A stretch of 64,000 nucleotides of DNA from Candidatus Bathyarchaeota archaeon (lineage in GTDB: Archaea; Thermoproteota; Bathyarchaeia; 40CM-2-53-6), in assembly GCA_005884195.1 (NCBI GenBank), contig VBBP01000051.1, positions 1,550 to 65,549 on the forward strand, read 5' to 3'. Below, one piece after another: positions 47,123 through 56,839 of this stretch. The notes beneath the pieces were generated by a model, which was given only the letters and a program-made list of their open reading frames with translations, was not told the origin of the DNA and did not search any database. Position 1 is the first letter of the stretch. Every line of letters starts with the position of its first letter. A program made the position numbers and the translations under genes.

Positions 47123-49333
47123 CTAGGACTTGCCAGTCTTGTAAAGATCAGTGAGAAGTTGGATAACTTCTCTATGGTTTCTCAGGTTGAATTTGGCATA
47201 GGACTTGGCAAGTCCTACCTTGATCGAATATGCTTGATCCGGAATCGCTTCGAAAAGATCTTCGTCGGCCCAATCATCGCCCATCGCTAGCACGAAGTCG
47301 AAGGTGCTCTCGGACAGCAGTAGTTTCGCGGCCATTCCTTTGTTTATTCCAACGTTTCTCACCTCGATTGATTTGCTGCCCTGTAATACTTGGATCTCAG
47401 TGTTTTCAGTGAAGTAAGATAATTCATCGGCAAGTTCTTTTGATCGGACGTACGCGAGCTCTGGGTCTGCTGCTCGGAAATGCCAGACAAGTGAGAACTC
47501 CTTTTCCTCTAAGAGAGACCCTGGTAAGCGGTCTTCATAGCCTTGGAGGGTGGGTCGGACTTTCTCTTTCCAGTTGCTCTCAGCCTTTATTGTTGGAGAC
47601 CAGTCTTTGTTTTTTTGTCTGATCCAGGCTCCGTGCTCAGCGACGATTCCTATGTTGAGGGTGCCGAACCACTCTTGCAATAGGCTTCGATTTCGTCCGC
47701 TGATTATCACTAGGTTATTTCGTGGATCTTCTGAGAGCGTATTGAGGACTGTTATGAGGGTCTTTTCGGGAACTGCTGTTTCGGGACGTGCCTTGAATGG
47801 TGATAGTGTCCCGTCATAGTCCAAGAATAATATTCTATTTTGTGAGGTATCATAGTCTTTGATCATTTTTTCTCTGGTTGCTGCATCAAGAAGCTTAGCG
47901 CTGAATTTCTTCTGTTCTTCTTTGATCGAGTGCAGTTTTTTGGTGAAATCTTGCCCCCATTTGATGACATCGTAGCGCTCTAGTCTGGTCTGCATTGCCT
48001 GGTTGCGACGCGCTTGTTCCGATTCGGGCATTTCAAGCGCGGTCTTTATCGCATCAACTATCTCAGATGTGTCGTTAGGGTTTATGATGAGAGCTTCGCC
48101 CAGCTCTCTGGAGGCCCCTGCCATCTCGCTGAGAATTAGGACTCCTTTCTGGTCTATTTTCGATGCAATGTATTCTTTGGCAACAAGGTTCATTCCATCT
48201 CTTAGAGGAGTTACTAACGCAACATCGCTGATCGAAAAAAGACTCAAAAGTTGATTGTAGGGCAGGAACCTGTACCGGTAAACTATAGGGGTCCAGTCAA
48301 TGGTTCCGTGTCTTCCATTGATGTTGCCCACCAGCTTGTCGATCTCCTCCTTCATCTGATCGTAATGTTCTGCTCCTAGTCTTGATGGCACAACTGACAA
48401 TACCAAGACAACCTTCCGTTGCCATTGAGGGTAGCGCTCCAGAAATATCGCGTAAGCTTCTAGACGATGCTTGATCCCTTTGGTATAGTCAAGCCTATCT
48501 TGGGACAGTATTATCTTTCGATTGCCAAGTCTCTCGCGGAGCCCATGGCCCTCTTTTTGGATATCGTCACTCGCAGCTGCGCCACGAATCTCGCGATAGT
48601 CAACCCCCATTGGAAAGGTGTCAACCTTTATCGTCCTTTCTCCACCAATAAGGACCTGGCCGAAGCTATGTTCTTGGCCGAGAATTCGGAGTATGCATCT
48701 GAGAAAGTGCTGTGTGTAGTCTATTGTGTGGAATCCTATCAAATCCGCCCCAAGAATCCCTTCGAGTATTTCTTTGCGCCACTTGGTTGGGAGCGTTCGG
48801 AAGATGTCGTATGAAGGAAAGGGAGTGTGGAGGAAAAACCCGAGTGACACGTCTGGAAGTTTCTCTCTCAACAATCTAGGAAGGAGCATGAGGTGATAGT
48901 CGTGGACCCAGACGGTATCGTTAGGCTGGTACAACTTCAGGACGGAATCTCGAAACGCCTCATTCACCTTCACGTACTGAACCCAGTCTTCTTCCCGGAA
49001 CTTGGCGTATGTGGGAAAATAGTGGAAAAGTGGCCACAGTGTGCTGTTGCATAATCCACGGTAGAACCTCTCCATGGTCTCCGCGTCGAGAAAGACAGGG
49101 GATGCTTTTTGTTTGGCAGCCTTTGATCTCAACTGCTCTCGGAAGCTCTCTTCAATATCTATACCGGGCCAGCCGATCCACAAGTAATCAGATCTGGACG
49201 GGCTTTGTCGCGCCCAATCTAGGTACGCGGTTAGACCCGAAACAAGTCCTCCTGGGCTCGCGTGGAAGACGAGCCTCTCGTCGCGCCTGCTAACTGTGAA
49301 GGGCAGTCTGTTAGATACGACTAGAAGAGTCAT
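47123..49333 (-). CDS. Bifunctional trehalose-6-phosphate synthase and trehalose-phosphatase (OtsA-OtsB fusion)
   Basis: The N-terminal GT20 domain has LLVVSNRLPF and VWVHDYHLMLLP. The C-terminal HAD phosphatase has ILFLDYDGTLSP and LAMGDDWADEDLF. 736 aa. Confidence 0.95.
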   Translation of the reverse strand: MTLLVVSNRLPFTVSRRDERLVFHASPGGLVSGLTAYLDWARQSPSRSDYLWIGWPGIDIEESFREQLRSKAAKQKASPVFLDAETMERFYRGLCNSTLWPLFHYFPTYAKFREEDWVQYVKVNEAFRDSVLKLYQPNDTVWVHDYHLMLLPRLLREKLPDVSLGFFLHTPFPSYDIFRTLPTKWRKEILEGILGADLIGFHTIDYTQHFLRCILRILGQEHSFGQVLIGGERTIKVDTFPMGVDYREIRGAAASDDIQKEGHGLRERLGNRKIILSQDRLDYTKGIKHRLEAYAIFLERYPQWQRKVVLVLSVVPSRLGAEHYDQMKEEIDKLVGNINGRHGTIDWTPIVYRYRFLPYNQLLSLFSISDVALVTPLRDGMNLVAKEYIASKIDQKGVLILSEMAGASRELGEALIINPNDTSEIVDAIKTALEMPESEQARRNQAMQTRLERYDVIKWGQDFTKKLHSIKEEQKKFSAKLLDAATREKMIKDYDTSQNRILFLDYDGTLSPFKARPETAVPEKTLITVLNTLSEDPRNNLVIISGRNRSLLQEWFGTLNIGIVAEHGAWIRQKNKDWSPTIKAESNWKEKVRPTLQGYEDRLPGSLLEEKEFSLVWHFRAADPELAYVRSKELADELSYFTENTEIQVLQGSKSIEVRNVGINKGMAAKLLLSESTFDFVLAMGDDWADEDLFEAIPDQAYSIKVGLAKSYAKFNLRNHREVIQLLTDLYKTGKS

Positions 49334-49491
49334 GCTCGTTGGTTCTTTCGGATTTTTCTTAGACCGGTCTAACTAGCCATTAAGATTGTTAGTAACCCAT
49401 CCTTAAACCAGCCGAGTTTAGGTTCGAACATGTCAATTCTGTCCGATTCAAAAGGTCAATCCGCTAGAGTGTCCAAGTTTCCTGGTTTTGG

Positions 49492-49926
49492 GTGGAGTCT
49501 TTGCGAGCAAATGTCTTAGCTCGAATGGTGGGCTCAGACTTCATGGAAGAAATTGAGGTCGTTCGTAACTCAGAGCTGAAGGCAGGTTATTCGACTCTAG
49601 GGATAGTTCGTGAGAAAGCGTTTGAGTCAATCGGCCGATATGTCATTGTTTCAAAGACTATAATTGCGAGCGGAGCCGTGTCGGATTGGCATCATCACGG
49701 AAAAAGGCATCTCTATGGGTTCCTCGAGTCGGGGCGTATGCGCTTAGAATATGGTGCGAAAGGTGCTAGTGCGGTTGATGTTGGGAGGGGGGATTTCTTT
49801 CATATTCCTCCGCGCTTGGTTCATCGCGATGTGAATCCGGACAAAGAACAAAGGGTTGTTGTTGTAAACATTCTCGTCGGAAGGGGAGACCCGGTCATTA
49901 ACGTCAAGACGCCAGAGCAAGATTGA
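49492..49926 (+). CDS. Cupin domain protein
   Basis: WHHHGKRHLYGFLESGRMRLEYG...GDFFHIPPRLVHRDVN matches the cupin motif 1 and motif 2 pattern. The start is uncertain. Confidence 0.75.
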   Translation: MESLRANVLARMVGSDFMEEIEVVRNSELKAGYSTLGIVREKAFESIGRYVIVSKTIIASGAVSDWHHHGKRHLYGFLESGRMRLEYGAKGASAVDVGRGDFFHIPPRLVHRDVNPDKEQRVVVVNILVGRGDPVINVKTPEQD

Positions 49927-49947
49927 GTAGTGAAGTTCTCTCAATGT

Positions 49948-50541
49948 CTACTTTAGTTTCTTGGGGTCCCACTCTAGAGAGTCTGCGTTTATCTTCTCCG
50001 CCTTAAGTGCGGTCTTCAGTCCAACTAGCACGTTCGTGAATGTATAGCCTGCTCCTAGGCGGAGAACGTGGTGTACAACTGGCTGCTTGTGAAGTTGGTA
50101 GATTGAGTCTGAAGGGAACGACGAATTAAGCCAGAAGATGATTGGATTCTTGATCTTCCCATTATACTGGACAAGTTGGCGGGCAAGAATGTGATTCGGC
50201 GGATTATCGCGCGCATGGAGCCTCTCGTCAAACTCGAAGCTCTGCCCAACTTGGATCATAGCGGTTCCTCTCCGCGCATGCAGCATTACTTGAGGAGATA
50301 GCACGCAGGCAGGACATTTGGATAGCCACTCTCTCAACTGCTTCTCGTAAGACTCAACCGCGTCATCGAAAGAACTCATTCCTAGATAAATAGTGCCTCT
50401 TGATAATAGAGTTGTTGACAGTGTCGCATGGTAGACGCTATCTTTGCGACTGGTCATCCGCCAATTAACGAAATGTAAGAATCTTGGTATTGTGACTGAG
50501 CCTGATTGGTGCGGGGGGTGAGCACTGCACCATAACTGCAA
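49948..50541 (-). CDS. Hypothetical protein
   Basis: 197-aa ORF with no family I recognise. Internal ATGs (MTSRKD.., MSSFDD..) are alternative starts. The first 12 codons overlap the tRNA-like 15-mer at 50506-50520. Confidence 0.4.
   Translation of the reverse strand: MQLWCSAHPPHQSGSVTIPRFLHFVNWRMTSRKDSVYHATLSTTLLSRGTIYLGMSSFDDAVESYEKQLREWLSKCPACVLSPQVMLHARRGTAMIQVGQSFEFDERLHARDNPPNHILARQLVQYNGKIKNPIIFWLNSSFPSDSIYQLHKQPVVHHVLRLGAGYTFTNVLVGLKTALKAEKINADSLEWDPKKLK
50506..50520. repeat. 15-nt direct repeat, copy 1 (identical to the tRNA-Leu 3' end region)
   Basis: ttggtgcggggggtg is identical to 56216-56230. With flanks it is gccNgNttggtgcggggggtg, 19 of 21 nt matching. Confidence 0.9.
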
Positions 50542-50896
50542 ATCGCTTACGTTAGAAAACCCAGCGGATTCTCAACGTTTCATCCTTGAACACACATAAG
50601 ACGATTCCATCAAAAGCATAGTGCCGAGACAGTAGCCATGCTCTGGGTCAATCACCCGCACCACGTGAGCTGGATTAGGCGCAGACTCCCAGACAAGCGC
50701 GATTTAACAGTAGCTCGCTCTTCTGCTAATCGCACCCGCATGCCAAATCGGTTCGGGACTCGTAAATTGTACAAATAGTGGACCACCATCTTTATTTGTT
50801 ATCTAGAACAGCCCTTCGCTGGAGGGAGAAAGAGTTGATCCTGACCGAACCGCCTAATACCGGGGATATACCGGGCATACTCTAAGAGGCTTGATC

Positions 50897-53800
50897 ATGA
50901 TACCAAGATCACGCCTGCTTACCCTACTCCTCATATTCACAGTGTTATGCTCATTAGCATTACAGATTCCTCGATCATACTCCGTACCAAACTATTCGCC
51001 GGGCGTGAAGACTGGAGACTCAGTGACGTATGGACAATTCAGCTTCAACGGGACCTCACCCTATCCCGTATTCCCTGCAAACCTCAGCAGCATCAAACTG
51101 ACGATCCTGGGAGTAAACGCTCAGACCAGCAACGTCAACGCGTCACTAGTGTACATCTACAAGAACGGGACACAGTCCACCCAGAACCTTTCAGGCAACA
51201 CAGTCAATGGGCAGGGAAACCTGTTCCCATATCTTGTAGCCGGCAACTTGACCGCGGGAAACCTCCTCTTCAACTCGTCCTTTGGTTTCAACTACGCGTT
51301 CAACGAGACGGTCGAGAGAGTGTACGCTGGTGCCTTGCGTTCTGTTGATCTTCTCAACCTGACTCTCACATCGCCCGGACAGTCCGCCCTTGTCCAGTTC
51401 TACTGGGATGCCCAGACAGGCTTTCTACTGGACGCGTCGGAGTCTGTTAGCTACTCCTACCCAGGCGCATCCTTCTCGATTCACTTCAAGGCCACGGATA
51501 CAAACGTCTGGACGCCGAACACGAGCCAAGACTACTCACTAGACGCGTCTGCGCTGTCATCCGGGATATTACATAGAGGCGAATCAACCAGCTTTAGGCT
51601 AGACCTTGCTAGCCTGAACGGTTTCGCGGGCACTGTAAGCTTCGTCCTCACCAATCTTGCTCTGAACAACACGCAGCCGCCCACAGTCAATATGAATCCG
51701 ACTAACGTCACACTCTCGAATGGAAGTAGCGCCAGCGCAATCGTAACAGTCTCGGTCAACTCGACAACCTCTCTGGGACAGTTTGTCATTGGACTAAACG
51801 GGACAAGCGGTCTGATAAATCACCAAGCAAGACTCTTAGTCGTTGTAGCTCCGCCGGATTTCATTGTCGGCGCCAACCCGGGCAATCTCACAATCTCACA
51901 AGGAGCAACTAAGACATCCACGATCACCGTCACAGGAAGGGGAGACTTCACCGGAACCGTCATACTTCAACTCCAGACCCAACCACCCTTCGGGACATTT
52001 GTAACCGCAACTCTCGGCCCGACATCCCTAACGCTCAATTCGACCATGACGAGCGCTACATCGACCCTGACGGTGTCCGCTCTAAACTCTCAACCGGGCC
52101 TGACCTCTGTCGGAATCAACGCCAACAGCGGAAACATCTACCGAACACTCTACATTCCAGTCAACGTCACGGGACCAGACTTCCGAATAACAGCCAATCC
52201 GCTCTCCCTCACCCTCAAACAAGGACAGACAGACCAGTCCCTAATCACACTAACCAGCATCATGGGCTTCTCGGGTCTAGTCAGTCTCTCAACCAACACC
52301 TACGGCGGCATATCCAGCACTCTAAGCAGCACAGCCGCGAATCTGCCCGCTGGTGGACAAGTCAACACGACCCTCACAATAACGGCTTTCGCAAATTCCG
52401 TTCCGGGATTCGCCTCGGTTTATCTGACCGGTACCAGCTCAAGCGGACTTAGCCGCTCAGTATACATCTCGGTCAACGTCACGGGTCCAGACTTTAGATT
52501 CACATCCAGCAATGCGTTCTTCAGCCTCCAACCAGGACAGAATGCAAGTGCAACAATCACACTCTTGTCTGTTGAAGGGTTCACTGGAACTATCAACCTT
52601 ACCGTGTCCACCAACGGCCCCGTCGAAGCGACGGTCAACCCGTTTGTGCTGACCCTCAACTCTACCCAGACCTCGACTACCAGTACTCTCAGACTTACCG
52701 TGCTCCCCGCCACTCCTTCCACGTTCGCCCAAGTTGATGTTAGAGCCACCAGCGGGAACTTGGTTCACGATGTCTTCGTCAGCATCAGCGTGACTGGCCC
52801 AGATTTCAGCATCGTGACAAGCCCGTCCTTCCTCTCGATTCCTCAGGGGGGATCTGACCAGTCAACGGTGTCGCTGTCGAGCATTGACAATTTGTCCGGA
52901 AACGTTACACTCGCCGCGTCATCATTCCTTCCGACCACGTTCAGCAACAATCCGGTCAGTCTTTCAGCTGGTGGAACAGCCAGTACAACGCTAACGATCC
53001 AAGTTCCATTGAATACTGCTCCTGGCTATTATTATGTAGGAATAACAGGGATTAGCGGCGCGCTGGTCCGGTACAGCAGCGTCCAAGTCTACGTAATTGG
53101 ACCCGACTTTTCCATCACAGCGACGCCCTCCTTCCTGCCCATCCTTCAAGGCGCAAGCAGCAATTCCACGATCTCGATAACGAGCGTAGACAACCTATCA
53201 GGCACGGTCAACATGTCGGTCTTTACGTCTGGACCGATCGCAGTAACCCCCTTTAACACGACCCTAGCAGTCTCACCAAACTCGACAATCACGACCACGC
53301 TCCAGTTCTCCGCCGGGCCCAACTTGGCTCCAGGCTACTACAATGCCGTAGTAACGGCGTCTCTGGGATCAATTTCTCATTCAACATACATCACTATCCA
53401 AGTCATAGGGCCCGATTTCAACATCTTCTCAACGCCAGGAGCGCTGACGCTGGAACGAGGTGGGACGGGAGTGGCGACCCTCCTCCTTAGCAGCCTGGAC
53501 GGGTTTAGTGGGAACGTCTCCCTCACAGTATCTTCGAATGGTCTCAACGCGACAGCGGCAAGCACAATCCTAGCACTTTCCTCTGGCGGCACAGCTAGCA
53601 CCGCCATCACAATAACGGCTCCCCAGACAGCATTACCCAACGCATACTACTACGTCCTAGTCCAAGCAACGAGCGGCATGATAATTCACACGCTGCAGAT
53701 CTATGTCGAAGTCATCGCTCCAGACTTCAGCATGCTGTCGAACCCTGCCCAGCTATTCATTCGAGCGGGAGGCTCAGCCCAGTCGACAATTCAGCTGACA

Positions 53801-55987
53801 AGCCTCAACGGCTTCAACGGCACTGTCATGTTATCGACGTTTCCCCCTAGCGGCGGCAACTTCACCTCACCAATCAGCGCGGTGCTCAGCGCTTCCAACG
53901 TCACACTTAGCCCTGGAGAGTCGGTCTCAGTCGTCCTCAACATCACGGCCACCGCAGCTTCAGCGGGCGAAGTCTTCAACGTCGGAGTGACGGGTCAGAG
54001 CGACGGTCTGACACATTTCGCATCCGTCTTCGTAACGGTTACAGGGCCAAGCTTCATGCTCTCCCCGAACGCTGGATTTCTCACAGTGCCTCAGGGCGGT
54101 TCGGCCAGCCTCAACATCACCACGACCAGTGTTAACGGTTTCTCTGGAAACGTCAGCCTCTCATTGGGCCTCGCATTTGGTTTGCAAGGGTCGCTCTCGC
54201 CCCAGAATGTTACCCTGGCTGCTGGAGGCAGTGTGGTCTCGGTACTCGATGTGACCGCTCCCCTTACAATACAACCCGGTTTCTATGGCATCCTCATAAC
54301 AGGAACGAATGGGGCGATGACCAGGAACACCTTCATCCAAGTCCAAGTGATAGGTGCATCCTTCGCCCTAACAGCCAACCCGATTTTCATGGTGCTGAAT
54401 CCGGGCTCATCAGGCAACTCGACGATCACTCTGAACGGATCCGGATTTTCCGGCACGATCAGCCTCTCAATCTTCTCCTTCCCCTCAGGGCTGACAACGA
54501 ATCTCAATCCGTCTAGCGTTACGCTCAACTCGACCATGACCTCAGCCACTTCCGCATTGACCATAACAGCCCCCACGGGCGTGGCACCGGGGATTCATGA
54601 GGTCGGAGTCTCGGCGAGCGGCAACGGTATCGTGGAAAACATCACAATCTTCGTCAAGGTACCGGGCGGAGACTTTACTTTCTTCGCAAATCCGGGCTCT
54701 TTAATACTCCACCAGGGCGGGTCTGCCTCGACGACCCTCGCCATGTCCGCCGTGGGCGGTTTCAGAGGATTCATCAATTTCACCGCCTACGCCCTCGGCC
54801 CAGGACAGGGCCTAGCGGAATCGTTCACTCCGTTCAACGTCACGCTCTCAATGACGAACCCGAACGCGACCGTGGCAATGACAGTCTCGGCTCTCCCTGA
54901 CACGCCGATCGGATCTTACTCAATAATAGTCAACGCCATCAGCTTCGCCGGCGGCAACCTTACCATCCACTCAATCACTGTCAACGCAACGGTGCTGCCG
55001 AGACCTGATTTCACAATCGCTGTCACTCCGATCTTCATGAACATCATCCAGGGAACAAGCGGCACATTCACCTTCACCCTGACAAGCCAGAACTCTTTCA
55101 GCGGCCACATCGCTATGACCGCCACACTCACTCCTCCAGGGCCCACTGCCAGTTTCCCTAACAGCACACTCTTCCTCGGAGCTGGCATGACGGTCACCTC
55201 CACGCTCAAGTTCAATGGAAACAGCGCTGTAGGGTTCTATAATGTGACCATCAGCGCCGCTGCGGGAGGGCTTTCTCATCAGGTCGTAGTGAACATCTAC
55301 ATCGCGCCAAAGCCCGACTATTCACTGTCAGGGAACACATCTGGTCTGATAATCGTCTCCGGATCATCTGCCACCTCAACCATATCCGTATCACCGGTCA
55401 ATGGCTTCGTCGCCCCCGTCATACTATCCGCCTCAGCACCCGCAGGATTCACCACAAGCTTCAGCGTCAACCCAATACCGGGAGGCGCTGGAACCTCAAC
55501 TCTTACAATCGTCCTCGCCAGCTCCGTAACCACTGGCAACTACACCGTCACTGTGACAGGTGCAAGCGGGTCCCTCACGCACTCTGCAACTATCACTGTC
55601 ACAGTAGCCGCGTCCTCGAAAGCGACCCTCATCGAGTCCCAGATCTCTTGGACCCACAAGCTAAGCCTGAGCAAGAACGCCAACACTCAGACATTCACGC
55701 TAACGGTAAAAAACACCGGGAAAGGCCCAGTGTACATTCAGCTCCTCGCAGCAGGCAACTCGACAAATCTAGCAACATTCTTCACGGTCCGGTCAAGCGT
55801 GGTCATGCTGTCACCCGGTTCATCGACCACGATAAGCCTCAGCCAGCCCTTCAACTCGACAAGCATCGGCATAAAGTTCAACTTCACAATTCAGCTCTTC
55901 TACGGAACAAGCATAGACCGGTCAGGAAATATTCTCAGCCCGCAGGTAGTACAAGCCGTGAAAGGAACGTTCACAATTGTCCAATAG
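50897..55987 (+). CDS. Giant secreted cell-surface protein with 13 tandem Ig-like repeats (S-layer or adhesin candidate)
   Basis: The signal peptide is MIPRSRLLTLLLIFTVLCSLALQIPRSYS. AAGAGG lies 7 nt upstream of the ATG at 50897, and the track starts at a TTG at 50891. There are 13 repeats of 101-112 aa, very dense N-x-S/T sequons and no C-terminal TM anchor. Confidence 0.85.
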   Translation: MIPRSRLLTLLLIFTVLCSLALQIPRSYSVPNYSPGVKTGDSVTYGQFSFNGTSPYPVFPANLSSIKLTILGVNAQTSNVNASLVYIYKNGTQSTQNLSGNTVNGQGNLFPYLVAGNLTAGNLLFNSSFGFNYAFNETVERVYAGALRSVDLLNLTLTSPGQSALVQFYWDAQTGFLLDASESVSYSYPGASFSIHFKATDTNVWTPNTSQDYSLDASALSSGILHRGESTSFRLDLASLNGFAGTVSFVLTNLALNNTQPPTVNMNPTNVTLSNGSSASAIVTVSVNSTTSLGQFVIGLNGTSGLINHQARLLVVVAPPDFIVGANPGNLTISQGATKTSTITVTGRGDFTGTVILQLQTQPPFGTFVTATLGPTSLTLNSTMTSATSTLTVSALNSQPGLTSVGINANSGNIYRTLYIPVNVTGPDFRITANPLSLTLKQGQTDQSLITLTSIMGFSGLVSLSTNTYGGISSTLSSTAANLPAGGQVNTTLTITAFANSVPGFASVYLTGTSSSGLSRSVYISVNVTGPDFRFTSSNAFFSLQPGQNASATITLLSVEGFTGTINLTVSTNGPVEATVNPFVLTLNSTQTSTTSTLRLTVLPATPSTFAQVDVRATSGNLVHDVFVSISVTGPDFSIVTSPSFLSIPQGGSDQSTVSLSSIDNLSGNVTLAASSFLPTTFSNNPVSLSAGGTASTTLTIQVPLNTAPGYYYVGITGISGALVRYSSVQVYVIGPDFSITATPSFLPILQGASSNSTISITSVDNLSGTVNMSVFTSGPIAVTPFNTTLAVSPNSTITTTLQFSAGPNLAPGYYNAVVTASLGSISHSTYITIQVIGPDFNIFSTPGALTLERGGTGVATLLLSSLDGFSGNVSLTVSSNGLNATAASTILALSSGGTASTAITITAPQTALPNAYYYVLVQATSGMIIHTLQIYVEVIAPDFSMLSNPAQLFIRAGGSAQSTIQLTSLNGFNGTVMLSTFPPSGGNFTSPISAVLSASNVTLSPGESVSVVLNITATAASAGEVFNVGVTGQSDGLTHFASVFVTVTGPSFMLSPNAGFLTVPQGGSASLNITTTSVNGFSGNVSLSLGLAFGLQGSLSPQNVTLAAGGSVVSVLDVTAPLTIQPGFYGILITGTNGAMTRNTFIQVQVIGASFALTANPIFMVLNPGSSGNSTITLNGSGFSGTISLSIFSFPSGLTTNLNPSSVTLNSTMTSATSALTITAPTGVAPGIHEVGVSASGNGIVENITIFVKVPGGDFTFFANPGSLILHQGGSASTTLAMSAVGGFRGFINFTAYALGPGQGLAESFTPFNVTLSMTNPNATVAMTVSALPDTPIGSYSIIVNAISFAGGNLTIHSITVNATVLPRPDFTIAVTPIFMNIIQGTSGTFTFTLTSQNSFSGHIAMTATLTPPGPTASFPNSTLFLGAGMTVTSTLKFNGNSAVGFYNVTISAAAGGLSHQVVVNIYIAPKPDYSLSGNTSGLIIVSGSSATSTISVSPVNGFVAPVILSASAPAGFTTSFSVNPIPGGAGTSTLTIVLASSVTTGNYTVTVTGASGSLTHSATITVTVAASSKATLIESQISWTHKLSLSKNANTQTFTLTVKNTGKGPVYIQLLAAGNSTNLATFFTVRSSVVMLSPGSSTTISLSQPFNSTSIGIKFNFTIQLFYGTSIDRSGNILSPQVVQAVKGTFTIVQ
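51527..55612 (+). repeat. Tandem array of 13 diverged coding repeats (about 303-336 nt each)
   Basis: Repeat units start at track aa 213, 321, 428, 532, 636, 737, 840, 943, 1052, 1155, 1259, 1371 and 1473. Each opens with a (G/P/A)PDF-type motif and contains ...GFSG.V.LS... and ...PG.Y.V.V... Confidence 0.85.
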
Positions 55988-56215
55988 ACCCCAGACAGGA
56001 AATTCGTTCAGAACGGGCCCAGAAAACCCTCCTGAAAAGGGCCGCCTGCTGGTCAATTTCGGAAACGCGAACGACCCGCACTTGACAACTATCGATCTCC
56101 CCAATTCACGCCAACACCTTGAAACCCCGTAAAAACTGTTCAGATCGGCGATCTGTTCCGACGGACCCCTTCTAGAAAGAAATTTTTCCTCGTGTATTGT
56201 GAGGTATCTGCCAGT

Positions 56216-56230
56216 TTGGTGCGGGGGGTG
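56216..56230. repeat. 15-nt direct repeat, copy 2 (covers the 3' acceptor strand plus ACCA of tRNA-Leu)
   Basis: ttggtgcggggggtg is identical to 50506-50520, on the same strand, 5710 bp away. Confidence 0.9.
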
Positions 56231-56304
56231 GGATTTGAACCCACGAACCCCTACGGGACAGGGTCCTGAGCCCTGCGCCTTTGACCTGTCTTGGCAACCC
56301 CCGC
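56217..56304 (-). tRNA. tRNA-Leu (anticodon CAG), with encoded CCA
   Basis: The sequence is GCGGGGGTTGCCAAGACAGGTCAAAGGCGCAGGGCTCAGGACCCTGTCCCGTAGGGGTTCGTGGGTTCAAATCCCACCCCCCGCACCA. It has a 7-bp acceptor stem, the anticodon stem CAGGG/CCCTG with loop CTCAGGA, a long variable arm and the T-arm GTGGG-TTCAAAT-CCCAC. Confidence 0.93.
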
Positions 56305-56330
56305 GTGCGAGCGACAGAAAGAATCTTCTT

Positions 56331-56339
56331 TGATAAAGG
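56331..56339 (-). promoter_or_regulatory. TATA-like box upstream of tRNA-Leu
   Basis: The minus strand reads CCTTTATCA, 27-35 nt upstream of tRNA position +1. This is the usual archaeal TATA distance. Confidence 0.45.
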
Positions 56340-56509
56340 CTTGAGTTGCGTTGCGTAGCTCAGCTGCAAAGGAGGACTGCGCAAAAAAATAAGCATACTT
56401 TTCTCGACCCGGGGCAGTCGATTTTCCCGTGCCCTGCCCTTCGTGATAAGAAGCAAAAAGTGCTTCGAAAAAGTGGGAGTTTCACATTTTCAGGATGCGT
56501 TATCCATTG

Positions 56510-56839
56510 TTACTTGGTTCGCTCTAGGATAATCTCTATGGTGGAAACGTTCCGTGCATCCTGGCCTTCACCGACGATCTCCGTGCCCAAGTGTACATTC
56601 TTGGCTAGGCCGCCTTGGAAGAAGCGGTTGTTCACCACTTCGGCCACGTCGACGGCAGTGCTGATGGCTCGTCCACGAGCCTTTAGGGTCAGCTTCTTGG
56701 CGCCCGTGTTATAGTGCATCATGACCGCCGTAGCATAGGCCATGATCGGCTTCTTGCCGATCAGTATAGTGTCCGCTGGGATATCAGTTCTGCGCATTTG
56801 GGTAGGAGCCCTCTCTGCCTTCTTTGGTTCTTCTGACAT
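56510..56839 (-). CDS. albA: DNA/RNA-binding protein Alba
   Basis: ILIGKKPIMAYATAVMMHY...LTLKARGRAISTAVDVAEVVNNRF is the Alba core. GGAGGTGA lies 5 nt upstream of the ATG at 56839. The track ORF extends to 56878. Confidence 0.93.
   Translation of the reverse strand: MSEEPKKAERAPTQMRRTDIPADTILIGKKPIMAYATAVMMHYNTGAKKLTLKARGRAISTAVDVAEVVNNRFFQGGLAKNVHLGTEIVGEGQDARNVSTIEIILERTK

Noticed and set aside
56172-56456. A 94-aa minus-strand track ORF.
   Set aside because: It runs straight through the tRNA-Leu gene on the same strand, so it is spurious.
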